This document shows, piece by piece, positions 1 through 12,768 of a stretch of DNA of 64,000 nt (position 1 is the stretch's first letter; every line of letters starts with the position of its first letter). This DNA comes from Octopus vulgaris (lineage: Eukaryota), in assembly GCA_951406725.2 (NCBI GenBank), contig OX597831.1:2542001-2606000 (forward strand), written 5' to 3'. A program made the position numbers and the translations under genes. The notes under the pieces are model-generated. The model saw only the letters and a list, made by a program, of their open reading frames with translations, was not told the origin of the DNA and made no database searches.

Positions 1-1785
1 GCAAGTGAGAGAAGCCTAGGAGATAAGAGATAATGGATTTAAAGCAGATGAACACACTGGACAATGTAGTCTTAAGATGGTTGTATGGATGGAATGTTTT
101 TAATCACAGGTCATCTCTATCATCCATGTTAGGGCTAAACAACAATTTTCGTATAGAGACATCTTACTGGCAATTTCGGGTAGTTAAGTCTGTTGTAGGT
201 ATAGCAAAGGAGTGGGTGTACTGAGTAATTGTGGTGGCCACTACTAGACTCATACTAGTAATACGACAAAATTCTAGAAGCCTGTTGAGGTCTAAGGAAA
301 GAAGACTGATGTTTTGGGCTACATGCTCTTTATCAAGAAGAAAAAAGCCTGTGTTGTGGTTGAAATCTACCCTGAACTTCTATTCCTCACTGTAATTTCA
401 TTTATTTAAAACTACTATACTTCCTTTAGTAATGAGATAGCACAGTAGCATTTATGATTACTCCTTATACTGTAAGTGGATGGCATGTTTGTAGAGTTTT
501 TAGAACACTGAATAGAGGACCTCTGTCCTGGTTCTCCAAGTGCTGCTGAGGGAATTCTTCTGGCATTGATAAAACCTGTCTACCTCAGCAAAACTGAGAT
601 TGTGAAAGCACAGCGTCTCCATCTCCTCTCTCTCTCTTTCCTTATATATGCAAGATGCTCCCTTTCACCCTTGCATCCAATTTTTCTCATCACCTCTGCT
701 GCTGCTGTAATTAAATATGAGCACAACTGCATAATTCACTAGCTTTACCCTGATACCACTTATCCTCCTTATGACCCAAGAACCATTTCACCTGTTTTTC
801 ATTTCTTCATTCTTAATACAAACCTCTCCACCCACTTTCTCTCATCCTTCACATCTACTGTACCATCACCCTTCTTTTTCTGCATTGCCAGTCATTCCCT
901 ACTCTCCGCACATCTCCCAAAAGTCATATGTATCATTGGTTACCTGTAGCCACTTATCCAGCCCTCAACTCTACCCAGTCTCTCAAGTTGTTACCTACCC
1001 TTTCACACTTATCTCATAACACCTGTCCTTCATTACAATCATCCCCTACTCCTATCTCTACCCACCCACACTCCCTGTTTGGTTCCCACTCACTTCTATT
1101 CACCTCATATGTTGAGGTTCCAACCTGATATCTCATCATGCTATTTTATTTCTTTCCAACTCCACCATGGCCACTCACATGATCTATAATCTGAGTGCAT
1201 GGCCAAGTAGCTCCCTTATAGCAAGAAATCCCTGCTCCGGTCCCTTTCTCTTTTACTTTAATCCATTATCTTCAAGCATAAAGCTGCATTCCTCTCTACA
1301 ATAGCCCTGCTCAGATGAAGGATATCTTAGACTTGCAAATTGTATGGTGACGCAGTGGCATCAAGAAGGGCATGTGAAGGAATGTGAATTTGTGGTCGGG
1401 GTGTTCGTTAACAATTTTATGATCGTACATATGATTCCCGACAGCACACTGAAGAAGACACTTTATTTCACATTGTTCTAGTCCACTCAGCTGGCAAAAA
1501 TGAGCTATCTTTGTCACATTCTGTGACACACTATCTCCAAGAACTACATTAAAGGCATGCGTATCTGTGGAATGTTCAGTCACTTGCATGTTAATTTCAT
1601 GAGCAGGCGGTTCTGTGGATCGGATCAACTGGAACCCTTGTCGTCACCCAGAGTGCCAGTTTAAAAAGAAGGACATCCAGGTGCAAAACCCATATCAAAG
1701 CAGATATTGGAGTACAATGCAGTCCCCAGACCAGTGGATCCTGTCAAACCCTCCAACCAATGCCAGCATGGGACATGGATATTAA

Positions 1786-1997
1786 CCCTTTTGTTACTGT
1801 ATTTATTTTGAGATGCTCTGTATTTCTTTCAACTATTTTAAATATAACAAAAAATTTAGTAAAATAACTTAGATATCACTAAGACAGTGTTAGGAACATA
1901 AATTGTGACTAAGGTTTGGAAGATTTTAATTCAAAACTTATGAAAACAACACATCTGTACTACAGAGCCGGTTTCAACCGGACTGGTAATGAAAGGG
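1786..1997. mobile_element. piggyBac-type MITE
   Basis: TTAA|CCCTTT...AAAGGG|TTA termini, inserted in the tail of a SINE remnant. Confidence 0.7.
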
Positions 1998-2910
1998 TTA
2001 CATGATGAAACAAAGCAATAGTTGCATACTGGGGCTGATTCTTCCCTTGCACCCGGGAAGAAATTAGCTAGAAAGGGACAGTCTCTTTCAGGTTTAAATC
2101 ATGCAAGACAAGCTTTATATCATGGCAGGAGTTAAACTCCACCCTATACTTAGCAGGATTGAAAATCAAGCAAAATAGGTCAGTACTATAAAGCATTTAC
2201 AGTTAACTTTCAGCAATCTTATGACAATAATCATTGTTCATGATGATGGTCTTCTACTATAGCTCTAAGTTGAACAAGGCCTTTGTGGGTGGATATGGTA
2301 GACCTGAAAGAAACCTATCGTGTGTGTGTTTCCTTGTTTTGACATCATGTGATAGTTGTAAATGAGCATCCAGTCACACAAGCGGTGTCGTTTGTTTCTA
2401 ACTTTCTGTGAAAACGTTCTGCCAGGTGGTAATAATATTTTACTTAGAGACAGGTGAAGGTTGGCACCAGGATGGAGATCCGACCATATGAAAAAAATCT
2501 GCCTTTACGAATGTAAGCAAGAAAAAGTGGACAGTAAAATGGTGATGATGCTGCTGTACAAGAAATGAAAAGTGCCAGACTTTCGTGGTGTGAATGACCT
2601 TACCATGGTTAATGTTTGCTTTAACATCCGGCCACAAAAAAAAAAAAAAAAAAAATTGCGCCAACGAACAGGGGGGAGGGAAAGGACTTCAGGAAAATTC
2701 ACTAAGTCCGATTTAAAAAACCTTTTTCTATTACTCAAACGAAAAACAAATGAATCTAAAAAATTTAATCGTAATTAATGATGTTTGAAAAGGATTTATA
2801 CAAAATTTCATTAAAAGATATCCATTTTCCTGAAAGTTATGAGGGAACAAATCGGATCTTGTGAATTTTCCGAAAGCCCTCTCCCCACCTCCATTTCGTT
2901 GGCACAAATT

Positions 2911-3080
2911 CGGTACTACTCGAGAACAATGGTCCCGGTGCGCGCACTCGCGCTAGCTAGTCGTGACTAGTCTATCTTTACTTTGTTTTATTTACTTTGC
3001 TAGGTAGTCGTTGTAGGATCGACTAGTCACGATTAGCTAGCACGGATGCGCGACTACGCGCACCGGGACCCCCATTTCTT
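2911..3080. mobile_element. Palindromic CpG-rich MITE (same family as 5790-5948, opposite orientation)
   Basis: ggtcccggtgcgcg...cgcgcaccgggacc inverted arms; the core is the reverse complement of the 5790 copy core. Confidence 0.7.
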
Positions 3081-4266
3081 ATACAAATTTTTAAAAGTCA
3101 GACAGCCAACTGGTAATTACCAGCCACGTAGTAATGTTAGATTCACAGTCCTAAGTACAAATGGTTCTCCGTTGGTTTTGGCGAGGAGTAATTCAGTTGT
3201 TCAATCAAGTGAATTATCTCCTCATTGTATTTTAACAGTCTTCCGGCGAAATGAGTGACATAGTCGTACCTTTAAATTACAGGTACGATCCATTCGACAG
3301 CCTCCCAGCTGCTGTCTACCTTATTTTACTCGGGAGGCTTAAATTAACTCGAGGTTATGGGTCCATGTGTCAAACAAGGGTAACGGACCCGAGACCAAAG
3401 CGAACTTTACGACTACTTCGGCCATGCTAAGTTAGATATTCATACAGCAATTTACTTTACACATTCCATCTGCTTTTTCTGTTTAATCCTTGTTTATTAA
3501 TTCTACGGATTGTCGTTTTAATATTATTCAAGGTAACCTCTACAAAAGAGGGGTGGGTGTTTAGCGATAGGATAATTTCATTAGATGAGGTTTCCTAGCT
3601 CAGGGTTAAACTAGGACTAAGCAACATACATACATTTAGAGAATCAAACGTTTAAAGTATTTAATCGAATGACAGAAAAAAAAAACTACTAATACATCTA
3701 GAAATGGACAACGATATCACGACTTCGTTAAAATACCGATCACTAATGAACTTAATAAACAAAATATCAGCGGTAAGGGGAGGGAGACCGATTACTGAAT
3801 GAATGTTCATTTCACCCCACGTGGCAACAGCCGCGTTACACGTTTAAACACGTGCGTAATTAGTGATGAGTTTTATTCTACATTTCTTCTTCGCTTAAAC
3901 CATATTCCTGGATATAATTAATATTACAGACGTATAATAGAAACACTTTACTTTTTTTTGTGCTTACTTAGTTTGGTTGTTTTAGTGTGAAATTTTATCA
4001 TTTGCAACAAGTAAACGTGTTTCCCCCCTTTGAAGTCATGTTTAAGTGAAATAGAGCGCGGAATAAATTACGTATTACGACTTATACATTTTAATGTTTT
4101 GATTTTGTGTTTAAACTATTACTAAACAATAATTATAACAACAAATGATATTATAATCATCTCAAATACTGGCTTCATTACAATAGAACATGATTGACCA
4201 CATGTCGGCTACTTAGTGACTACCTCAGACGGAAATAAACAAGAAATTAATAGAGGTAACACTTAC

Positions 4267-4365
4267 GATATTAAAGCGCTTTTTGAATAATTCTGCAGTC
4301 TCTTTGTTCTTTTCCTTCAGAAATTCATAAACTAGAACATTAAGATCGACCTCTGGTTTAGCCAT
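4267..4365 (-). CDS. NOLC1: First coding exon of a LisH-motif protein, probably Nopp140/NOLC1-like nucleolar phosphoprotein; downstream exons not identified in the window
   Basis: Minus strand: gaaATGG start context, 33 open codons MAKPEVDLNVLVYEFLKEKNKETAELFKKRFNI, then a canonical phase-0 donor GTAAGT (acttac at 4261-4266). The L-x2-LVYEFL...TA-x2-F pattern is LisH-like and resembles invertebrate Nopp140 N-termini. Gene name is by recalled similarity, not a search. Confidence 0.62.
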
Positions 4366-4700
4366 TTCTGCTCTTTTTTTCTGCCTAAGCAGAAGCCTTA
4401 AACAAGTTATTAAATGAAAAGTTTCATGTAACGGAAATTAGTTATAGTTACCTCCCTTTTTAATAATGCATTCTCCAGTGAATTTAAACGTATTTTTTCC
4501 TTCACAACCAACACAAGCGGAAGTTGAAGTTGTTTAAGAAGTTAATTAAATCCTACATTCTGATTGGTCAATATTTAAACGTTTTCTTTTAGGCGGCCTC
4601 TTTTAACTTCGCCTTTCCTCAGTCTGGTTCCTATATCGCAAAAAAGTACACGTGTAGCACCAGGCTGGATATATCGACTGTACGGACCCAATGTCAGACT
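4366..4700 (-). promoter_or_regulatory. Putative promoter/5' UTR of the LisH-protein gene
   Basis: Repeat-poor, CpG-retaining segment just upstream of the ATG. Contains a CCAAT box (ctgattggtc, 4560-4569), an ETS-type GCGGAAGT (4517-4524) and an E-box CACGTG (4649-4654). Confidence 0.5.
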
Positions 4701-5398
4701 CCGTGAGGCTCCCAAGTTATATAAAGCTTGGAGGGGCCACCAGAGCGTCTCACAAAAATCAAAACTGTGTACGTCTCCGCAGATTGTGAAGCCTTTTAAG
4801 TTGTACAGAGATACCTAGCATGGGACTTTTCCAGCAAATCTCCCTCGCTATCCTCCGGAGCAACGCCTTTTCCATTCTCTCTGCTGGCGCCATGAGAAAT
4901 ATTTATATATTTCGAGATTCTCCGTTAATCATTTACTTACAACATTAAACCCTAAATCTTAAAAAGAATCTGTAGCCATCCACTATTTACTTGTAGTATG
5001 GGACTTTACCGCTAAGGACTAATTTCCTCCATCCGCACGACCTTAATCGGTAGTTGAATGAAATAAGGCACTGAAATACCACAATCTGTCGGTGAATTAC
5101 ATTTTTCAGCCTATGGTTTTTGAGACATTGGAAGTACAAGACCGCTGACACTCAAGTTTTTAACTTCATTAGTGTCCAGTCTCACTGAAGTATCCAGCGC
5201 TTCTCCGTTTCGCAATCACCTGCGGTTATTCCGCAAATGTTTTGTATCTCCTGATGCGATTTTAATTAGAAGAGTGTGCAAATCTTTCGATCATTTCCTT
5301 AATATTTATTTTTGTAATTTTAGCAATTTTCCACCTGTGTTCCCCCCCATCCCATTTTGTTGCTTCATATTTTTCAGAAATATCTTTTTTTCGTTTCT

Positions 5399-5747
5399 TT
5401 TCTTTTACTTGTTTCAGTCATTTGACTGCGGCCATGCTGGAGCACCGCTTTAGTCGAGCAAATCGACCCCGGGACTTATTCTTTGTAAGCCCAGTACTTA
5501 TTCTATCGGTCTCTTTTTGCCGAACCGCTAAGTGACGGGGACGGAAACACACCAGCATCGGTTGTGAAGCAATGCCAGGGGGACAAACACAGACACACAT
5601 ACATATATACGACAGGCTTCTTTCAATTTCCATCTACCAAATCCACTCACAAGGCATTGGTCGGCCCGAGGCTATAGTAGAAGACACTTGGTTGATTGAA
5701 CCAGGAACCATGTGGTTGGTTAGCAACACAGCACACAGCCTGCGCCT
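5399..5747 (-). mobile_element. tRNA-headed SINE, family A
   Basis: Same body as 9190-9585 in reverse; small internal deletion in the head. Confidence 0.85.
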
Positions 5748-5789
5748 ATATGGATATCTTTGTATGAAATTTTCAACAGCTATCCCTCG

Positions 5790-5948
5790 GGTACTATTTA
5801 AGAAGAGTGTCCCGGTGCGCGTACTCGCGCATCCGCGCTAGCTAGTCGATCCTACAAAGACTACCTAGCAAAGTAAATAAAACACAAAGTAAGGGTCGAC
5901 TAGCTAGTGCGGATGCGTGCACCGGGACCACTCTTCTTAAATGGTACC
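5790..5948. mobile_element. Palindromic MITE, Merlin-like
   Basis: TIRs ggtactatttaagaagagtg / cactcttcttaaatggtacc begin with GG; imperfect 9-bp flanking duplication tatccctcg / tacgcctcg. Confidence 0.65.
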
Positions 5949-6609
5949 TACGCCTCGGATAGTGTAGATTCCGATTATATCAAGTTTTTTTTTTACGTGA
6001 GTGGGGAGAGAAGTTTCGGAAAATTCACACGAGTTGGGTTGTTTCTTCATAACTTTCAGGAGAGTATTTTTTTTTTTAATGAATTTTTTATATAGATACC
6101 TTTCAGAGTGTGTAGAATACGATTATACCGGAATTTAATATGAAAAACAAAATTGTTGGATTCGTCCACATACAAACAAACTGACACTTCCAATATATGT
6201 ATCTACGAAATGAAATTGGAAATTTCGAAAAAAGTATTTTTATATGTGCCTGTAATGTATGCATGTGTACTCACCAGTTTTTTTCCTTTTTCACATTAAA
6301 TAACGGTACAACCGTAATTTACACATTCTGAAAAATTCTTCATTTTCCCAGAAATTATGCGGAGACAAAGCCGACTCGCGTGAATTTTCCGAAACTCTTC
6401 ATCCCACCCTAGGGAACATTTTTCGATATAATTTCCGATACAATCGGAATCTTCTCTATCTGAAGTGTATTTGTAGAAAATTTCATTAAAAAATATCCAT
6501 TTTTCTGGAAGTTATGAGGCAACAAAGTCGGTTGGGGCACGCATGTGGATGTATGCCGTTATTATTTTTTTTTTTTTGGTACCATTTTACTTCTAAAATA
6601 AATAAAGCA

Positions 6610-7715
6610 AACCATATTTTTTGGTCCATATAAAGATCCTCACCCGGAAACAAAAAAAAAGAAATTAACCAGCCTAGGAGTTGTTAATAAGTGTGTGAAA
6701 AACGAGTTAAAAAAAGGAAAAAAAGGCGCGGTGACGACCCCGGTGTGTGGGGGGGACTTTCGGAAAATTCACAAGATCCGATTTTTCCGTCATAAATTGG
6801 GGTAAAATGGATATATATTGATTTTTTTTTTTTACGGAATCCCACGTTTTTGGTTATGGAGGATCCAATTCTGAAAAAAAATAATTTTCAAAATTTCATT
6901 GTATTATCGCAGTTTTGTGAGATTTGGCTGTTATTTCTAGCATGTGGATAGCCTGCTTACAGGCCAGAGGGTATACCCTCACTCTTTTACTTGTTTCAGT
7001 CATTTGACTGTGGCCATGCTGGAGCACCGCCTTTAGTTGAGCAAGTCGACCCCAGGACTTATTCTTTCTAAGCCTAGTACTTGTTCTATCGGGCTCTTTT
7101 GCCGAACCGCTAAGTTATGGGGACGTAAATACACCAGCATCAGTTGTCAAGCGATGTTGAGGGGACACAGACACACAAACATATATATATACACACACAT
7201 ATATATATACATATATATGACGGGCTTCTTTCAGTTTCCGTCTACCAAATCCACTCACAAGGCCTTGGTTGGCCCGAGGCTATAGCAGAAGACGCCCAAT
7301 GTGTCACGCAGTGGGACTGAACCCGGAGTCATGTGGTTGGTAAACAAGCTACTTACAACACAGCCACCCCCGCAAAAAAAATTTCCGGAAAAAGTGAAAA
7401 ATGAAGGCGGGGAGAGGATAGGGGGTGGTTGAAATTTTGGAAATACGATTTTTGAAAAGATTTTTTTTCAGAATCGGATCCTCCATAAGCAAAGACGTAG
7501 GATTCTGTAAAAAAAAAGAAAAAATATATATATATCCATTTTCCCAAAAGTTATAACGGAAAAATCGGATCTTGTGAATTTTCCGAAAGTCCCCTCCTCA
7601 CCCCACCAGGGTCGTCAGCGTGCATTTTTTATATATTTCCACACACTTGTTAACACCCCATCAGGTTGGTTTCTTTTTTTTTGTTCCTGGATGAAGGTCT
7701 TTATATTGACCATAT
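6610..7715. mobile_element. Long-TIR non-autonomous DNA element interrupted by a family A SINE (6983-7372, minus)
   Basis: 6610-6897 and ~7430-7715 are diverged reverse complements (ctttcggaaaattcacaagatccgatttttccgt / acggaaaaatcggatcttgtgaattttccgaaag). Related fragments at 2680-2900, 6000-6530 and 47400-47860. Confidence 0.6.
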
Positions 7716-8682
7716 TTTTAAAGTCGACTTTGCCTTTCATCCTTTTGGGGTCGATTAAACAAATACCAGTTAATCACTGGGGTCAACGTAATTGACTTAA
7801 TCCCCCTGTCTGTCCTTGTTTGTCCCCTCTATGTTTAGCTCCGTGTGGGCAATAAAGAAATAAATAATATTTTTTACTTGTTTGTCATTGGAGGTCGGCT
7901 ATGCTGGGGCACTGTTTAGAAGGGTTTTAGTCGAATAAATTGACCCCAGTACATTTTTAGGTGGACGTCGGAGATAGAAAGCACCAAGTTATAATTTCTC
8001 CATTTTGATGGGGATTTTCCAGAATTCCTTTTTCACGGTGCCCTTGGAAATGATCTAGAGCATCTTTTTATCAAAAAACAATTTTTCAAAATGTTTCCTT
8101 TTTTACCCCCCTCCCCCCACAATTTCCCCTCTCCAGACCGATTTTGGTCGATTTTGTGGGCACTATGTGGGCACTACGCACTTAAAAAGAAGGTAATATT
8201 TTCAGACGAAAAGGTGCTTGATTAAAAGGAGATTTGGCTGTTGTTTCTAGCATATCCCATGACCACCTTCCTTGTTTCTTTCTCACTCTAACAAGTATTG
8301 ATGCTTTTCAATATTTTCTCTCCATTAATAGCATAAACTCATGCTATTAAAAAAAAAATTTGTTTGAAAATTTATGATCATGGAATATGCTAGAAACAAC
8401 AGCCAAACCTCCCTTAAATCACACACCTTTTTATCTGAAAGTATTATTCAAAAAGTCATCATGCAAAATACCCACAAAATCGATCCGGAAAGGGGAAGTG
8501 GGGGTAATTTATAGTGGCACTATTTATTTAATCAGTATTTCCCTATTTTTTCTTCCTCCCTGTCTCTGATTCTTTCATACATAGACTCTCATTAGATTAA
8601 ATTGTTTCATTATAGATTTCAAACATTCCAGATGTTTCTTTCTATATGATGACAATGAACAGTTTGCATTCTGCGATGTGCT

Positions 8683-8744
<62 letters not shown>

Positions 8745-9189
8745 GTCTGTCCATCTATCTATCTATCTATTTATCAACCTATCTGTCTGGCTGTTCGTAT
8801 ATGGTTGTGTGGTAAGAAGCTTGCTTGTCAACCACATGATTCCAGGTTCAGTCCCACAGCGTGGCACATTGGGCAAGTGCCTTCTACTATAGCCTCGGAC
8901 CGACCAAAACCTTGTGAGTGGATTTGGTAGACGGAAACTGAAAGAAGCCTATCGCATAATGGTAGAAGGTTGACGAGCTAAATCAGTACAGTGTGTGCTA
9001 TGAATAAATGAATATCATCATCGTCTAACGTCCGTTTTCTGTGCTAGCATGGGTTGGACGGTTCAACCGGCGTCTGGGAAGCCAGGAGGCTGCACCAGGC
9101 TCCAGTGTGATCTGGCAGTTTCTACAGCTGGATGCCCTTCCTAACGCCAACCACTCTGTGAGTGTAAATTATATAAACATTTATATATA

Positions 9190-9585
9190 GGCGCAGGAGT
9201 GGCTGTGTGGTAAGTAGCTTGTTTACCAACCACATGGTTCCGGGTTCAGTCCCACTGCGTGGCACCTTGGGCAAGTGTCTTCTACTATAGCCTCGGGCCG
9301 ACCAATGCCTTGTGAGTGGATTTGGTAGATGGAAACTGAAAGAAGCCTGTCATGTATATGTATATATATATATGTGTGTGTGTATGTGTTTGTGTTTGTC
9401 CCACCAACATCTCTTGACAACCAATGCTGGTGTGTTTACGTCCCCGTAACTTAGTGGTTCGGCAAAAGAGACCGATAGAACAAGTACTAGGCTTACAAAG
9501 AATAAGTCCTGGGGTCGATTTGCTCGACTAAAAAGGTGGTGCTCCAGCACGGCCACAGTCAAATGACTGAAACAATTAAAAGAGT
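9190..9585 (+). mobile_element. Full-length tRNA-headed SINE, family A (reference copy)
   Basis: Head ggcgcaggagTGGCTGTGTGG (A box)...GGTTCAGTCC (B box), central (TA)/(TG) microsatellite, tail aaatgactgaaacaa..aaaagag. About 20 copies in the window. Confidence 0.9.
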
Positions 9586-10191
9586 ATTCATATAAAATTG
9601 TATTATCTCGCAGTTCCATTTCTAAAAAAAAAAAAAAAGAATCAAAATTAGAAACGACTAGTTCGATTCCTGGTACTTCTTCGGAATTCACCCTCGCTAT
9701 AACTTTTAAACCAGTAATTTTTTTTTTCAGATCTATGTTTTCGATATTGGAGATCACGATTTAGCAAAAAAAAAAAAAATTAATTTCAATTACCTCCCCA
9801 CCCTCCCAATTTATTTGATTTCTTTACAGTTGACAAGACCTGCTGTCACACACAAAATGGCAGCTTTCAAATCCTTCTACACACACACACTATTAATATT
9901 TTGCTTGTTTCAATCATTGGACTGCGGCCATGCTTGGGCACCTATTGGGTGTAATCAAACAAATTGATCCCAGCACTTATCTATTTTTGAAGTTTGGCAC
10001 TTATTCTCTCAATCTCTCCTGCCAAACTACTAAGTTATGAAGATGTAAACAATCCAACACTAATTGAGAAACACATAGATATGTATACGATGGGCTTCCA
10101 CACAGTTTCCGTCTACCAAATTCACTCACAAAGCACTGGCCAGTCAGGGGTTATAGTAGAAGGCATTTACACATTTGCATGTGTTGCATAT

Positions 10192-10575
10192 ACTCTTTTA
10201 CTTGTTTCAGTCATTTGACTGTGGCCATGCTGGAGCCTCACCTTTAGTCGAGCAAATCGACCCCAGGGCTTATTCTTTGTAAGCCTAGTACTTATTCTAT
10301 CGGTCTCTTTTGCCGAACCACTAAGTTACGGGGACGTAAACACACCAGCATTGGTTGTCAAGCGATGTTGGGTGGGACAAACACAGACACACAAACAGAC
10401 ATATATATGTATACATGTATACGACGGGCTTCTTTTAGTTTCCATCTGCCAAATCCACTCACAATGCTTTGGTCGACCCAAGGCTACAGTAGAAGACACT
10501 TGCCCAAGATGCCACTGAACCCAAAACCATGTGGTTCGTAAGTAAGCTACTTACCACACAGCCACTCCTACGCCT
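10192..10575 (-). mobile_element. SINE family A
   Basis: Reverse complement of the family A consensus. Confidence 0.85.
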
Positions 10576-10599
10576 ATACGCATATGTGTATATTCAACA

Positions 10600-11655
10600 T
10601 ACATCAACAATGGATACATTGTCAGCAGTGTATCCTGGAGTCACTGGATGTTTTAGGCCTTACAACATTCAACCTCATCCAAGGAAACTATGTATGTGTC
10701 CTCACTGATCAGCTCTTTTCAACCAGCGCCTTTCACATGCTTTCTCAGCAGCCTCTATACTGTTCTTGGCAGCTTTTTTGCATGATTCTGAAATGCTCAA
10801 AATTTCATAGGCTTTATTCAGAGAACAACCTGCAAAATCTCAACTGCCAACTTCCAGTGGCAAACACCTTGTTCACCACCCATTCTTAAACACCAACTCT
10901 CCTTACTCGGTTCTCTTCTTTTCTTGAGTCTCTTTTCTCCCCCCCCCCCCATCCTTGAACACAGTTACCTTCCGGTAAGACTAGCTGACTTGTTATTTGG
11001 GAAAACAAAATGGTATCTAGTCTCAGCAAGATTTAGGTGATGTGTGCTGGAAACTTTAGTTGCTTCATCAAACTGACATGCATCACCCTGTCCAGGACCG
11101 AGAAAAGTAATCCCATGTAGCTGTTCTTGGGCCTTCAGTGACAGATAGGATATGATATTCCCCTAACTTGAAGCAGAACTAGTTGGTGACTTTTACTTTC
11201 TTCCAAACCATTCACAGTGGCTGCGCAGGTTTAAAACTCATCCATGCCCATACCACAAATTACTCTATTTCTCAGAGGATCCACTTAGTGCCTTACACTG
11301 TTGTTGTTCTCACTATGGGGTCATTCATAAAGACTCTGATGGGCGGTTGCCTTACTCATCTTGCTGAGGGGACCTTTGTACTACTTCTCTGCTAACATGC
11401 ACTGACATATTCATTGCTAAACACAAAGAGAAACACCAAGATGGTACACCCAGTAATTATCCTCACTTCTTACTGGTGCTAGTCAAATGTCAACTGGCCA
11501 GAATAAACCCTCAATCTGAACTTGCTGTAGTTGTCTATGACGAGACTTTTAACTGCCTGGGGTACTTGATGTCTATCTTATGTGACTTCAACTTACTAGT
11601 GTAGTATTGAACCATAGGTCCAGTCAAACACTACTAGGTTTGCTCTTTCTGGTTT
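10600..11655 (-). mobile_element. Decayed RLE-type non-LTR retrotransposon (HERO/NeSL-like) 3' region
   Basis: Minus-strand pieces LMKQLKFPAHIT*ILLRLDTILFSQ, W*TRCLPLEVGS*DFAG and EAAEKACERRWLKR match the recalled HERO motifs KQLKFP..IA.T.LRPD, RCLPIEVGCRGF and EAAEKASRWLWLKR. Confidence 0.65.
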
Positions 11656-11660
11656 GTGCC

Positions 11661-12094
11661 AGATTGATCTTTTTTATTTGAAAATATATTTAAAATATAA
11701 GTATTGTACCTGTTTTATTTTATTTCTAAGAAAAATCTTGACATCTTCTAAACAGCCAGTGGCCCAGTGTGAGCTTACAATCCTCCCTCGTAGGTATGGC
11801 CGGAGAGTTACCTCTGAGCTTTGGAACCACTGGGTCCAGACAAGGCGTTCACCGAGAGTGTAGAAAGGGTTAAATACATCAATTGTTGCTTTGACCATTG
11901 TTGGTGTAAGTGGTTTAAGGGGGAACGTCTTGTCTGGACCCAGTGGTTCCAAAGCTCGGTGGTAACTCTATGGCCATACCTACGAGGGAGGATTGTAAGC
12001 TCACACTGGGTTGTTTTGCATTTTCTTAGAAATATAATAAACCAGATACAATACTTATATTTTAAATATATTTTCAAATAAAAAAGAACAATCT
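11661..12094. repeat. Foldback element: ~180-bp inverted arms around a ~70-bp loop
   Basis: 11661-11850 is the near reverse complement of 11923-12094; mirror-image ORFs appear in the ORF track. Confidence 0.9.
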
Positions 12095-12219
12095 TTGGAT
12101 TAAAATATGAGTATGACATTGTGTTGCCAGGGAACAGAAACATTACTGAGGATATATCACGATCAAAAAAATGCAGAGTCCCTGAACTCTTATATCCAAT
12201 AACTTCAAAAGGGCCACTA

Positions 12220-12617
12220 GCTGAGGCAATTATGAAAGGCTATCAAGACCAAACACCCAGGAAAACTGACAAAAGGTGTTTTGTTTCATCAGGACATTGC
12301 TCTGGCACACAAGTCCTTGGCTTCAATGGTTGCTGTGCATGACTGTGGTTTTGAACTGGTTGATCATCATCCTTATTCTCTTGATTTGGCCCCATTTAAC
12401 TATCAACTGTTCTGCAACATGAAAAAAATCACTTGGCTAGGAACCAGTGTCACAGCAATGATGATGTCATATCTGCTGTTGATAACTTTTTTGACCAACA
12501 GGATGAAAGCGTCTTCAGGGGACTGCAACGAGAACCATGTTGAAAAATAAACCTCATTTGAGTACATTCCATGAGAGTATCTTGGTCAGCCTATGCACTT
12601 TTCACCCAATCCTTGTA
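12220..12617 (+). pseudogene. Mariner transposase C-terminal fossil with right TIR
   Basis: KGVLFHQDIALAH...HHPYSLDLAPFNYQLF matches mariner LLHHDNAPAH / HPPYSPDLAPSDYHLF; ends cttttcacccaatccttgTA. Confidence 0.85.
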
Positions 12618-12768
12618 TTTATCTCTGTCACATTATGAAAGACTGATCTCTGCAGTATTTGAACTCAGAACTTAAAGGTTTATAATTAAGTACCACAACT
12701 CCTTAAGTCTGGCATATTTATAATTTTTGCTATGCCATTGCTCTTCTAATCATAAATATTAAATATCT

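Noticed and set aside
4892-4948. Divergent plus-strand gene starting at gcgccATG
   Set aside because: ORF is only ~18 codons with no splice donor or recognisable homology.
9190-9265. tRNA genes at SINE heads
   Set aside because: A/B boxes are present but no complete cloverleaf is evident, and they are always fused to SINE bodies.
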